A stretch of 35,865 nucleotides of DNA from positions 1-35,865 of the forward strand of contig CAYNRT010000001.1 in NCBI GenBank assembly GCA_964399945.1, given 5' to 3'. Below are positions 1-9,267 of this stretch, piece by piece. The translations under genes were made by a program, and so were the position numbers. The stretch's first letter is position 1, and each line of letters opens with the position of its first letter. Origin of the DNA: an uncultured Candidatus Saccharibacteria bacterium (GTDB lineage: Bacteria; Patescibacteriota; Minisyncoccia; Minisyncoccales; CG1-02-41-26). The notes beneath the pieces are model-generated. The model made no database searches and was not told where the DNA came from. It saw only the letters and a program-made list of their open reading frames with translations.

Positions 1-125
1 ACGCCAAGTTTGCTTTTAGGCAAGTCTCGTATGTGACCGTATGATGCCTTAACAAGATATTCTTTACCCAAAAACTTTTTAATTGTGTTTGCTTTTGTAG
101 GGCTTTCTACAATAATAAGGTTCAT
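1..125 (-). CDS. topA: DNA topoisomerase I, N-terminal fragment (gene runs off the left edge)
   Basis: The reverse complement from 125 translates to [42 protein letters not shown]. This is the canonical TOPRIM N-terminus of bacterial Topo I (VESPxKxxTIxKxLG...GHIRDLP). It sits directly downstream of dprA, a classic dprA-topA pairing. It is absent from the ORF track because it is incomplete. Confidence 0.85.
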   Translation of the reverse strand, partial: MNLIIVESPTKANTIKKFLGKEYLVKASYGHIRDLPKSKLG

Positions 126-206
126 AATAATTAAAACATTTAATTAGCTTCTGGTTAACCGATGACAAGGCAAAAGTCAAGGCCAAAAGAGATTTGAGAT
201 CAAATC

Positions 207-929
207 TCAAAACACTTTAATGTGGCCTATATATATCTTTTTTTGAGCTTGAGTAAGCGGTTTAATGCCCAGTTTTTCCAAAATATCTTCAGTGCTCTCT
301 ACTAAAAAAGCGCCTTGTTTAATTAGTAGGTGTGGTCCCTTTGAGCTCAAGGAGTCAATTGGCCCAGGCACGGCAAACACTTTCCGTCCCTGCTTTCTTG
401 CCCATTCCGCTGTGATAAGGGCGCCGGATTTCTCTTTTGCTTCAACAACTAAAACGCCGAAGCTTATTCCAGATATTAGCCGGTTCCTTTTAGGAAATGT
501 GAACTTAGCGCCCCGTTGGCTTTCCGGGTATTCAGAGATAAGACACCCACCCCTTTTTAGAATCTCTTCTGCTAGTTTTAAATTCTCTTGCGGATAAATA
601 ACTTTAGGGTCAAGCCCTGTTCCTAATATGGCGATTGTTTTTCCTTTAGCATCCAACGCTCCTTTGTGGGCAGAAGAATCTATGCCGTGCGCTAAGCCGG
701 ATACAATTGTCAGTCCGGCTTTAGCTAAGTTGTAAGAAATAGAATAGGCAAGCTTTTTCCCGTAGTCTGAACATTTTCTGGCTCCTACGACAGCGAAGCA
801 GTTTTTCGCTGTTGAAATATCTCCTTTGTAATAAAGAACTTTTGGTGCGCTGCTGATAACGGATAGAAGCTCCGGGTATTGGCTGGAGCCGAGTTCTGTG
901 ATTTTGCTTTCTTTTTCTAAAAGTTCCAT
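207..929 (-). CDS. dprA: DNA processing protein DprA/Smf (short, Rossmann-like core only)
   Basis: 240-aa ORF with DprA core motifs (VVGARKCSDYG, SGLAHGIDSSAHKGAL, GTGLD, YPxEN, RNRLISG). It is followed by topA. Confidence 0.85.
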   Translation of the reverse strand: MELLEKESKITELGSSQYPELLSVISSAPKVLYYKGDISTAKNCFAVVGARKCSDYGKKLAYSISYNLAKAGLTIVSGLAHGIDSSAHKGALDAKGKTIAILGTGLDPKVIYPQENLKLAEEILKRGGCLISEYPESQRGAKFTFPKRNRLISGISFGVLVVEAKEKSGALITAEWARKQGRKVFAVPGPIDSLSSKGPHLLIKQGAFLVESTEDILEKLGIKPLTQAQKKIYIGHIKVF

Positions 930-943
930 TTGGTTTACCTGTT

Positions 944-1528
944 TTAGTGATTAAAAAGAGACATTGCTTTTTCTATGCCCTCTTCAATAATTATTTTTGC
1001 GGCCTGGCAAGATTTTTTAAAAGAGGCTCTCAATTTACCTTTTTCTTTCCAGCTGAATTTTTCCAAAACAAAATTTTGCCGGGGAAAAGCGGAATTTTTA
1101 ATCGGCTTTATTCCTATTCTTATTCTAACAAAGCTATTCGTCTTTAAGGCATTGATAATTGAGTTTATTCCTTTATGCCCGCCACTACCATGCTTTTTAG
1201 ATATTTTGATGCTGCCCAAACTAATATCTAAATCATCATGAAAAACAATAATGTTTTCATATTTGATTTTAAAAAAAGAGGATAGCTGTTTAACTGCTTC
1301 TCCCGAGTTGTTCATAAATGTTTGCGGTTTTGCCAAAACAAGTTTATCTTTTTCGGTAATTAAACATTTGAAACTTTGGTTTTCTTTAAATTTAGGAAAA
1401 TTGTTTCGTTTACTGAATAAATCCACGGCTAAAAATCCTGCATTATGGCGAGTATTTTTATATTTTTTCCCCGGATTGCCGAGACCGATTATTAAGTATT
1501 CTTTGTTTTGTTTTACCGCCTTTTCCAT
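944..1528 (-). CDS. pth: peptidyl-tRNA hydrolase
   Basis: 194 aa. Contains LIIGLGNPGKKYKNTRHNAGF, PQTFMNNSGEAV and HDDLD, the hallmark Pth motifs. Confidence 0.9.
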   Translation of the reverse strand: MEKAVKQNKEYLIIGLGNPGKKYKNTRHNAGFLAVDLFSKRNNFPKFKENQSFKCLITEKDKLVLAKPQTFMNNSGEAVKQLSSFFKIKYENIIVFHDDLDISLGSIKISKKHGSGGHKGINSIINALKTNSFVRIRIGIKPIKNSAFPRQNFVLEKFSWKEKGKLRASFKKSCQAAKIIIEEGIEKAMSLFNH

Positions 1529-1661
1529 AAAAACTGTTTGTTGTTTGTCTGTTTTTTAGAGAAATATGGAGGAAAATTCAAATGTATTAAATTAATCAGA
1601 GAAGCTTGAGATGGCTGGGGCAATCGAGCCCAATCAAGATAATTATTATATTATATCTTTC

Positions 1662-1689
1662 TTGCACAGAAAAACAATTTAAGTATAAT
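1662..1689 (+). promoter_or_regulatory. sigma70-like promoter for lepB (TTGCAC-N16-TATAAT). The -10 ends 8 nt before the ATG, so the mRNA may be leaderless.
   Basis: TTGCAC at 1662-1667 and TATAAT at 1684-1689, read directly. There is no GGAGG-like element before the ATG at 1698. Confidence 0.4.
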
Positions 1690-1697
1690 AGATAAAT

Positions 1698-2273
1698 ATG
1701 CTTAGGAGTTTTTTATCTTTTTGCTGGCAGATAATTAAAACAGCACTCATTGCTTTAATTATTGTTATTCCCATCAGATATTTTGTTTTTCAGCCTTTTA
1801 TTGTAAAAGGCATTTCAATGGAACCAAGTTTTCGTAATGGAGATTATTTAATTATTGACGAATTGAGTTATAGATTGCGTTCGCCGAAAAGAGGAGAAGT
1901 TGTTGTTTTCCGCTACCCGGCTGATACAAGAGAAAAATTTATTAAAAGAATTATAGGGCTACCTAATGAAACCATAGAATTTAAAAACGGGAAGATTGTA
2001 ATCACTTCATCTTTAGGAGAAAAAACGATACTTGATGAATCAGTTTATCTGCCGGCAAAACAGACATGGGCGGGAGAGAAGATAAAAAAGGTAAAAATTC
2101 CGTCGGATAGCTATTTTGTTATGGGTGATAATCGTCTTCACTCCTTTGACTCCAGAAGCTGGGGTTTTGTTTCCAAAAAATATCTTATTGGCAGAGTGCT
2201 TTTAAGACTTTTCCCTTTCAAAGATATCTGCTTTTTTTCTCCGCCGATGTATTCTCTAGATGCAGCGTATTAA
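1698..2273 (+). CDS. lepB: signal peptidase I
   Basis: 191 aa with an N-terminal TM segment. S26 motifs present: GISMEPSF, KRIIGLPNE, GDNRLHSFDSRSWG. Confidence 0.9.
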   Translation: MLRSFLSFCWQIIKTALIALIIVIPIRYFVFQPFIVKGISMEPSFRNGDYLIIDELSYRLRSPKRGEVVVFRYPADTREKFIKRIIGLPNETIEFKNGKIVITSSLGEKTILDESVYLPAKQTWAGEKIKKVKIPSDSYFVMGDNRLHSFDSRSWGFVSKKYLIGRVLLRLFPFKDICFFSPPMYSLDAAY

Positions 2274-2354
2274 GCTGTGGCCGAGACGCCAAAGGATTTA
2301 ATCTTTGTCGAATTAGCGGAGAAGAGGGGATTATAAAATAAATAAAGTATTATT

Positions 2355-3662
2355 ATGCGGTTTCAAAAAGTCAAAGGAATGCGTGATATTTTTGAAGAAG
2401 ACTGGAAGCTGTTTGAAAAAATTGAAAAAGCTTGCGGAGAAATAGGGGCTTTTTACGGATACAAAAGAATAGAGACACCGATTTTAGAGTTCAAAGGCTT
2501 GTTTGAAAAGGGAACGGGCGCGAATACAGATATTGTAGAAAAGCAAATGTTTGTTTTAAAAACTAAAGGAGGAGATTGTCTTGCTTTAAGACCGGAGGAA
2601 ACGGCGCCTGTAGTGAGAGCTTATTTAGAAAACGGAATGGAAAATCAACCTAAGCCAGTGAAACTGTGGTATTTTGGGCCAATGTTCCGTTATGAAAGAC
2701 CGCAGGCCGGACGCTGGCGACAGTTTTACCAATTCGGTTTTGAAGCTCTTGGTGCTGGATCTTGGGCGATTGACGCTCAAATTATTCAAATTGTTTACAA
2801 TGTTCTTAAGAGTATCGGATTAACTGATTTAGTTGTGGAGATAAACAGTATTGGCGACTTTCAATGCAGGCCTTATTATAAAAAAAGCCTTACAGCCTAC
2901 TTAAGGAAACGTAAAAATTCTCTTTGTCCTGATTGCCAAAGGAGGCTTAGAACAAACCCATTGAGGGTTTTGGATTGCAAACAAGAGAATTGCCAGACTG
3001 TTTTAAAAGAAGCTCCTCAATCTTTGGATTATTTATGTGATGATTGCAGAAAGCATTTTAAAAATTTATTAGAGTCTTTAGAGGAACTTTCTTTGCCCTA
3101 TAATCTTAATCCTCGTCTTGTTCGTGGACTTGATTATTATACTCGAACAGTGTTTGAAATAATTTCTAAACCGGAGAACCGGGAAGCTAGCAACAATGCT
3201 CTTGTTGGCGGCGGTCGTTATGATGCTTTGGTTAAGCTTTTAGGCGGCAAAGATACGCCTGCTTGCGGTGCTGCTGGAGGAGCAGAAAGAGTAATTGCTT
3301 TGATAAAAGAAAAAGGAGGCGGGAAAAGAAAACTTGATTATCAAAAAAAACGAGAAATTTTCATAGCACAAGTTGGCGAATTAGCCAAGAAAAAGTCTCT
3401 AAGCCTAATTGAAGAATTCAGGGCCAATAAAATTCCAACAGCAAGCGCGGTAGACCGCGATTCCTTATCTGTTCAATTAAAGCTTGCCAACAAAGCGGGT
3501 GCGGCCTATGTGTTGATTATTGGGCAGAAAGAAGCTTTGGAAGGAAAAGTAATTGTTAAAGATATGAAGCTAGGAAGACAGAAGACAATTGCCCTTAACA
3601 AGATTGTTCGAGAAATGAAAAAAGTTTTAAAAAGCTCAACAAAGAGCAAAGCAAAGAGATAA
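2355..3662 (+). CDS. hisS: histidine--tRNA ligase
   Basis: 435 aa. Contains LRPEETAPVVRAY, FRYERPQAGRWRQFYQFG, NPLRVLDCK, RGLDYYTRTVFE and GGGRYD. Confidence 0.95.
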   Translation: MRFQKVKGMRDIFEEDWKLFEKIEKACGEIGAFYGYKRIETPILEFKGLFEKGTGANTDIVEKQMFVLKTKGGDCLALRPEETAPVVRAYLENGMENQPKPVKLWYFGPMFRYERPQAGRWRQFYQFGFEALGAGSWAIDAQIIQIVYNVLKSIGLTDLVVEINSIGDFQCRPYYKKSLTAYLRKRKNSLCPDCQRRLRTNPLRVLDCKQENCQTVLKEAPQSLDYLCDDCRKHFKNLLESLEELSLPYNLNPRLVRGLDYYTRTVFEIISKPENREASNNALVGGGRYDALVKLLGGKDTPACGAAGGAERVIALIKEKGGGKRKLDYQKKREIFIAQVGELAKKKSLSLIEEFRANKIPTASAVDRDSLSVQLKLANKAGAAYVLIIGQKEALEGKVIVKDMKLGRQKTIALNKIVREMKKVLKSSTKSKAKR

Positions 3663-3682
3663 CAAGATAAAAATGGCAAAAT

Positions 3683-4006
3683 ATGAAATGCTTATTCTGT
3701 AAAATAATACAAAAAAAAGAACCAGCCCAGATTATAGAAGAGAAAAAAGAATTTATTATTTTTAAAGATATTAATCCGAGCGCTTCAATACACTATCTTA
3801 TTGTGCCCAAAAAGCACATTAAATCAATTAAAAGCGCAGGTTCTGAAAAGGTCGCGCAAACTTTGATAAGAGCCGCTAAAAAACTGGCGAAAAGAGAAAA
3901 GATCGAAGGTTATAAATTAATTTTTAATGTAGGGAAAAAGGGAGGACAAATAATAGAACACCTTCATCTACATTTTTTAGCAGGGAAATTTTATACTCGG
4001 TTTTAA
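3683..4006 (+). CDS. HIT (histidine triad) family nucleotide hydrolase/transferase
   Basis: 107 aa. CLFCKII N-terminus and a C-terminal histidine triad, HLHLHFL. Confidence 0.85.
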   Translation: MKCLFCKIIQKKEPAQIIEEKKEFIIFKDINPSASIHYLIVPKKHIKSIKSAGSEKVAQTLIRAAKKLAKREKIEGYKLIFNVGKKGGQIIEHLHLHFLAGKFYTRF

Positions 4007-4082
4007 CCCTGAGGCGGTTTGATCCGCAGCAGCGCGAAGCAGCTGGGATTTATTAAGCTTTGTTAATATTAAAAATCATATT

Positions 4083-4298
4083 ATGCCCTTAAAAACAGAA
4101 AAACAATTTGAGAGAGAAAGCTCCCAGAGACTTGTTCAAAGATTCACCCAAAAAGTGAAAAGAAGCCAGATACTTAAGGAGTTCAGAAAGAAAATGTTCC
4201 GTTTAAAACCAAAGAGCAGGCAGTTAAAGAAAAGAAGTGCTTTAAGGCGCGAACGGAAAAGGAAGGAATTTGAGGAAAAACGGAGAAAGGAACTTTAG
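4083..4298 (+). CDS. rpsU: 30S ribosomal protein S21
   Basis: 71-aa, very basic. The pattern QRFTQKVKRSQILKEFRKKMFRLKPKSRQLKKRSALRR matches the S21 consensus (RRFKR...g.l.e.rkr.fyeKPs.kRk). Its position upstream of ybeY is typical. Confidence 0.7.
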   Translation: MPLKTEKQFERESSQRLVQRFTQKVKRSQILKEFRKKMFRLKPKSRQLKKRSALRRERKRKEFEEKRRKEL

Positions 4299-4302
4299 AA
4301 TT

Positions 4303-4743
4303 ATGGCCGAGGTTTTTATTTATAATCTCAGCGGAATTAATTTAAACGAGGAAAAACTGAAACAAGTTTGCCTTAATGTTCTTAAACAGGAAAAGAGGGA
4401 GGGATCGGTGGATATTTATTTGGTAGGCCGAGGAAAGATGAGGAACCTAAACAAAGTTTTTCACCGTAAGAATGCAATTACTGATGTCTTGAGTTTTCCG
4501 GAAAACGAAAAGGTTTTTATTTTGCAGAAGAAAACTGCAGAAGGGAAAGAGAATTTTTTAGGAGAAGTGTTTGTTTGTCCGGCAAGAGTAAGAAAAAATT
4601 CAAGAAAACTTAATTTAGATTTTGAGGCAGAAATTCTTAAAACAGCACTGCATGGGATTCTGCATCTTATGGGTTATACCCATGATGACGAAAAAGAGGC
4701 AGCGGAAATGAAAGCAAAAGAAAGAAAGTATATCCAAATCTAA
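4303..4743 (+). CDS. ybeY: rRNA maturation endoribonuclease YbeY
   Basis: Zinc motif HGILHLMGYTHDD. I prefer the ATG at 4303 (MAEVFIYN), 4 nt after the rpsU stop, over the track start at 4270, which overlaps rpsU. Confidence 0.85.
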   Translation: MAEVFIYNLSGINLNEEKLKQVCLNVLKQEKREGSVDIYLVGRGKMRNLNKVFHRKNAITDVLSFPENEKVFILQKKTAEGKENFLGEVFVCPARVRKNSRKLNLDFEAEILKTALHGILHLMGYTHDDEKEAAEMKAKERKYIQI

Positions 4744-4847
4744 TTTTCTGCTTTAGCTGCGGGCATTAATATAGTATAATACAAATGGAAGAGGAGTAGC
4801 GGGAGAAATGTTCTGCTCTTCTATTATATGTCTTGTTGCATAAAAAT

Positions 4848-6071
4848 ATGCGTTTTAAAACTGAGACAGCCATAGATATTGGAACAAATTCTGTAAAAAT
4901 TATAGTTTGTCGCAGAAACGCGGGAGGCGTTGAAGTTGACCTTATTGCCAAAGAGGAAGAACCTCATTTTATTGGGGTAAGAAAAGGGGAGGTCTATGAC
5001 CCTAAAAAAGCCAGTGAAGCTCTTTTAAAAGCAAAGGAAAGAATTGAAAAAAGAGAAAAAATAAAATTAAAAAAAGCTGTTTTAAGCGCAGGAGGATTTC
5101 ATCTTTTTCCTCTGAAGAGTCAAGGGCTTATCTCTGTTTCCCGCGCCGATGGTAGAATTTCTCCCGAAGACGTTGAGCGTGTTCTTCAAGCCGCAAAAGC
5201 CGTAAGTCTGCCGCCCAACAAGGAGGTGCTTGAGGTTATACCGCAGGAATTTATTATAGATGGAGAGGAAGGTATAAAAAAAGCAGTTGGCCTAAAAGGA
5301 GTTAGATTGGAGGCGAAAGTTTTGTTAGTCTGCATATTTTCTCCCGCGCTGGAAAATTTAGAAAGTGCCGCTTGGAATGCGGGAATTGAACCTGAAGAAA
5401 TAATTCCTTCCGTAAGCGCTTTTTCGGAAGGAGTTTTAAATTCAGAGCAAAAAGAAATAGGGGCTGCTGTTTTGAACATAGGAGCAGGAACAACCTCTTT
5501 AGCTGTTTTTTCAGAAGGATGTCTTAAAGATTTCAAAGTTTTTCCCGTAGGAAGCGCTAATATTACAAATGATATTGCCCTGGGTCTGCGTATAGATATT
5601 AAAACAGCCGAATTTATAAAAAAGGAATTTGCTTCACTTAAAACTTTCTGCCGCCGTGGCTCTTCTAGCAGAAAAGGAAAAAAAGAGAAAATAGAGCTTG
5701 CCGAACAAGGCGTTTCTTTTTCTAGGTCCTTTTTGGAGGAAATTCTTGAATTTAGAATTTCAGAAATTTTCCGTGAAATAAACAAGGATCTTAAAAGAAT
5801 TTCTAAAGAAGTTTCTTTGCCGGCTGGAGTGATTTTTACTGGAGGCGGTTCTCTTTTGCCGGGCTTAACTGATTTTGCCAAGCAGAAACTTCAACTTCCT
5901 TGTTTTTTGCCGGAAAAGGAAAGCACGGAAGAGGAGAATGACAATCGCTTGTTTTCCACTTGCGAAGGCATTATTGCCTTAAGAGCTGAAGAAGAAAACG
6001 AAATAGCGACTGAAGGCAGAAAAAGATGGAAAAATATTTTTAAAAAGGCATTTAAAGTTTTTCTTCCTTAA
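4848..6071 (+). CDS. ftsA: cell division protein FtsA (actin-like ATPase)
   Basis: AIDIGTNSVKIIV phosphate-1 motif, LNIGAGTTSLAVF, and GGGSLLPGL. The C-terminus is amphipathic (WKNIFKKAFKVFLP), like the FtsA membrane-targeting helix. It lies directly upstream of ftsZ. Start taken at the ATG at 4848; the track starts at a TTG at 4833. Confidence 0.85.
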   Translation: MRFKTETAIDIGTNSVKIIVCRRNAGGVEVDLIAKEEEPHFIGVRKGEVYDPKKASEALLKAKERIEKREKIKLKKAVLSAGGFHLFPLKSQGLISVSRADGRISPEDVERVLQAAKAVSLPPNKEVLEVIPQEFIIDGEEGIKKAVGLKGVRLEAKVLLVCIFSPALENLESAAWNAGIEPEEIIPSVSAFSEGVLNSEQKEIGAAVLNIGAGTTSLAVFSEGCLKDFKVFPVGSANITNDIALGLRIDIKTAEFIKKEFASLKTFCRRGSSSRKGKKEKIELAEQGVSFSRSFLEEILEFRISEIFREINKDLKRISKEVSLPAGVIFTGGGSLLPGLTDFAKQKLQLPCFLPEKESTEEENDNRLFSTCEGIIALRAEEENEIATEGRKRWKNIFKKAFKVFLP

Positions 6072-6101
6072 TATATAATAGAAGGAATTATATAAGATAA
6101 A

Positions 6102-7046
6102 ATGAAGATAAAGGTAATTGGCATCGGGGGTGCGGGAAATAATACTATTTCTCGCTTGTATAAAGAGGGACTGAAAGGTGTTGAGTTTTTTGCCGTAAAC
6201 ACAGATGCCCAAGCGCTTAATAAATGTCTTTGCCCGAATAAGATTCTTATAGGTGAGAAAACGACCAAAGGACTAGGAGCAGGAATGGATTATAATCTTG
6301 GATTAAGAGCGAGTCGCGAGAGCAAGGACATTCTGCGCTCTATTTTTAAAAAAAGCGACATAGTTTTTCTTACTTGCGGATTAGGAGGTGGATCGGGAAC
6401 GCCGGCAATATCGGTTTTAGGAGAGCTGGGTAAGGAAATGGGTGTTTTGACTTTTGCAGTTGTTACCACACCATTTTCTTTTGAAGGAAGTGCCAGAAAA
6501 GTTATTGCCCAGAAAGGTTTAAAAAATCTGCAGTCGTGTGTTGATGCTTTTCTTGTTATTCCCAACGACCGCATTTTGAAGATAAGCCCGAAAACAGAAT
6601 TGCTTGATGAAGCTTTTAGGAAAATTGACAATGTGCTTCTTGAAGCAATTCAAGGAATATCTGAATTACTTTCTTCGCCGGGAATTATTAGTATTGATTT
6701 TGCTGATTTGGAAGAAGTATTGAAAAATTCAGGACGGGCTTTGTTTGGACAGGGGATAGCCAAAGGAGAGCAGAGGGCGGTTGCTGCTGTAAGTAAAGCT
6801 CTTCAAACGCCTCTTTTAGATATTCAGCCGCAAAAAGCCAAAGGAATACTTTTCAGCGTGAGCGGTCGCGATGTCTCTCTTACTGAAGTTAATATGGTGG
6901 CTAATTTTATAAAAAGGATAGCTGGATCCAATGCCAAAATAATTTTTGGAGTTTCAGAGAATAAAAATCTTAATAAAGGAGAGATAAAAGTCATTCTTAT
7001 TGCTGCTGGAATAGAATATGGGAATGCTGGCAGAAAGCGTCGCTAA
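6102..7046 (+). CDS. ftsZ: cell division GTPase FtsZ (short, core-only form)
   Basis: GIGGAGNN, NTDAQAL, and the tubulin-signature region GLGGGSGTPA. The protein is 314 aa and ends about 11 residues after the globular core. Confidence 0.9.
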   Translation: MKIKVIGIGGAGNNTISRLYKEGLKGVEFFAVNTDAQALNKCLCPNKILIGEKTTKGLGAGMDYNLGLRASRESKDILRSIFKKSDIVFLTCGLGGGSGTPAISVLGELGKEMGVLTFAVVTTPFSFEGSARKVIAQKGLKNLQSCVDAFLVIPNDRILKISPKTELLDEAFRKIDNVLLEAIQGISELLSSPGIISIDFADLEEVLKNSGRALFGQGIAKGEQRAVAAVSKALQTPLLDIQPQKAKGILFSVSGRDVSLTEVNMVANFIKRIAGSNAKIIFGVSENKNLNKGEIKVILIAAGIEYGNAGRKRR

Positions 7047-7104
7047 GTAATTAAATGCACTCCGGCCTTAAAAAAGCGGGAAATAAAGCGTAAACAAAAC
7101 AAAT

Positions 7105-9231
7105 ATGTCTAAAACTATTCAACAAGTAATAAAAAGAAATGGAGAGATTGTCGCTTTTGACGCCAGTAAGATTAAAAAAGCTGTTTTTAAAGCTCTTACT
7201 GCCAGTGGGCAAGGCGATGGTAAACTTTCCGAAAAAATTTGCGCCAAAGTTGTAAAATTCCTTGAGAGAAGATTCAAAGGCGATGAGATTCCAACGATTG
7301 AACAAATACAAGATATAGTTGAAGAAGTCCTCATCTTAGAGGATCTTACTGCCACAGCAAAAGCATACATTCTTTATCGAGAACAGAGAAGAAAGATAAG
7401 AGAGGCTGTTGAGATAAGCGAAAAAGCTGTTGATAGAATTGATGATTATTTAGACAAACTTGATTGGGAAGTGCAGGAAAATGCCAATATGAGCTTTTCT
7501 TTGCAGGGACTGAATCATTATGCCACTTCCTATATAATTAAGAAATATTGGCTGAATAAAATTTATCCCAAGGAAGTGCGCGAGGCAAACAATAGCGGTG
7601 ATTTACATATCCACAATCTTGATACTTTAGGTGCTTATTGCGCTGGGTGGGATCTTTACGATCTTCTATTAAAAGGGTTTGGCGGTGTCTACGGAAAGAT
7701 AGAGTCTGCGCCACCGAAGCATTTTCGAGCTGCTTTAGGACAAGTGGTAAATTTTCTTTATACTCTGCAGGGGGAAGTGGCTGGCGCTGTTGCTCTCTCT
7801 AATTTTGATACGCTTCTATCGCCTTTTATTCGTTATGATAATCTTGATTATAAGCAGGTTAAGCAGGCTTTGCAGGAGTTTATGTTTAATATGAGCGTTC
7901 CGACGAGAGTCGGCTTTCAGTGTCCTTTTTCAAACGTTACTTTAGACCTTAAACCCTCTTCAGTTTTTGCTGAGCAAAACGTTATCATAGGAGGCTCTCC
8001 TCAAAAAGAAAAATATGGCGATTTCAGTGAGGAAATGAAGCTTTTTGATAAGGCGCTTTACGAGATAATTTTAGGAGGGGATAAATCCAAAAGACCTTTT
8101 CATTTTCCTATTCCGACAATAAATATTACTAAAGATTTTCCTTGGGACGAGCCGGCTTTTGATGGAATTTTTGAGGCTTCGGCGAAATATGGCACGAATT
8201 ATTTTGCTAATTATATTAATTCTGATATGGAAGCAAGCGATGTTCGCTCAATGTGCTGTCGTTTGCGTTTAGATCTGAAGGAACTGCACAACCGCGGAGG
8301 CGGAGGCTTATTCGGTTCAGGCAGTCTTACTGGGTCCATTGGCGTAGTAACTATTAATTTGCCAAGAATAGGCTATCTTTCAAAAACAAAGAAAGATTTC
8401 TTTAAAAGATTAAGCAGGGCTATGGATATAGCCGAGGAGGCGCTGGAAATAAAAAGAAAAACTATAGAGAAATTAATAGAGAGAAAACTTTATCCTTATT
8501 CGCGCTTTTATTTGTCCGGGGTTAAAGAGTCTAAAGGAAGATATTACGATAATCATTTTTCCACCATTGGCCTTGTTGGAATGAATGAGTGTCTGCTTAA
8601 TTTTATCGGCAAGGATATTGCCTCCAATCAGGGCCGGAAGTTTGCTCTTGAGGTTATGGATTTTATGAGAAAACGGATAATTAATTATCAAGAGGAAACA
8701 GGCAATATATATAATCTGGAAGCAACTCCTGCGGAATCAACCTCTTACAGGCTTGCTCTTAAAGACAAGGAGCTTTATCCAGACATAATTACTGCTGGTA
8801 CTGAAAAAAAACCCTATTATACAAACTCAACCCAGCTGCCGGTTGGGTATACGGATGATATTTTTGAAGCTCTTGATTTGCAAGACGAGATTCAAAGCAA
8901 ATATAATGGCGGGACAGTGCTTCATTTGTTTTTAGGGGAGAAAATTTCTGATATTAATATTTTGAAAAAATTGATTAAGACTATTTTTAGCAAATATACT
9001 TTGCCATATATAACAATTACCCCGACTTTTTCCATTTGTCCCGTGCATGGCTATCTTTCAGGAGAACACTGGAGTTGTCCCAAGTGCGCGGTTGAACAGC
9101 CCTGTGAAGTCTATTCAAGAATAGTCGGTTATTACAGACCTGTTCAGCAGTATAATGAAGGCAAAGCCGAAGAGTATAAAGAGAGAAAAGTTTTTAAAAT
9201 AGAAGGAGAGGACATAAAAACCCTTGCTTAA
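7105..9231 (+). CDS. nrdD: anaerobic (class III) ribonucleoside-triphosphate reductase with an N-terminal ATP-cone
   Basis: 708 aa. ATP-cone N-terminus (VIKRNGEIVAFDASKI). C-terminal Cys cluster (CPVHG...CPKC) followed by the glycyl-radical motif SRIVGYYRP. Followed by nrdG. Confidence 0.9.
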   Translation: MSKTIQQVIKRNGEIVAFDASKIKKAVFKALTASGQGDGKLSEKICAKVVKFLERRFKGDEIPTIEQIQDIVEEVLILEDLTATAKAYILYREQRRKIREAVEISEKAVDRIDDYLDKLDWEVQENANMSFSLQGLNHYATSYIIKKYWLNKIYPKEVREANNSGDLHIHNLDTLGAYCAGWDLYDLLLKGFGGVYGKIESAPPKHFRAALGQVVNFLYTLQGEVAGAVALSNFDTLLSPFIRYDNLDYKQVKQALQEFMFNMSVPTRVGFQCPFSNVTLDLKPSSVFAEQNVIIGGSPQKEKYGDFSEEMKLFDKALYEIILGGDKSKRPFHFPIPTINITKDFPWDEPAFDGIFEASAKYGTNYFANYINSDMEASDVRSMCCRLRLDLKELHNRGGGGLFGSGSLTGSIGVVTINLPRIGYLSKTKKDFFKRLSRAMDIAEEALEIKRKTIEKLIERKLYPYSRFYLSGVKESKGRYYDNHFSTIGLVGMNECLLNFIGKDIASNQGRKFALEVMDFMRKRIINYQEETGNIYNLEATPAESTSYRLALKDKELYPDIITAGTEKKPYYTNSTQLPVGYTDDIFEALDLQDEIQSKYNGGTVLHLFLGEKISDINILKKLIKTIFSKYTLPYITITPTFSICPVHGYLSGEHWSCPKCAVEQPCEVYSRIVGYYRPVQQYNEGKAEEYKERKVFKIEGEDIKTLA

Positions 9232-9267
9232 CCTCGATATTTAAGATAGGATTAAATTCCTTTCTTT

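Noticed and set aside
2870-3070. Cys-rich segment in HisRS (CRPYY...CPDCQRR...LDCKQENC...CDDCRKHF) as a possible novel zinc-finger insertion
   Set aside because: This stretch aligns with the normal HisRS insertion domain (compare NPLRVLDSK in E. coli). Cys-containing versions are, as far as I recall, common in other bacteria.
4007-4082. GC-rich island after the HIT gene (GAGGCGGTTTGATCCGCAGCAGCGCGAAGCAGCTGGG) as a possible RNA gene or terminator
   Set aside because: Only 4-bp stems can be drawn and no U-tract follows. The evidence is insufficient.
4270-4302. Upstream start for ybeY that overlaps the end of rpsU
   Set aside because: The extension (MRKNGERNFRI) just reads through the Lys/Arg-rich S21 tail in another frame. 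The ATG at 4303 gives a typical YbeY N-terminus.
5186-5881. 231-aa antisense ORF inside ftsA. Similar long antisense ORFs occur at 13173-13679 (in clpB), 16675-17181 (in murB), 20407-20742 and 21148-21570 (in secD), 23229-23720 (in the sigma-r4/HARE-HTH gene) and 29874-30284 (pgk/recJ junction).
   Set aside because: Each lies opposite a confidently identified conserved gene. Their translations are low-complexity (Ser/Phe/Lys/Leu-rich) with no recognisable motifs. This is the mirror image of GAA/AAA/GCT-rich sense codons, so they are shadow ORFs.
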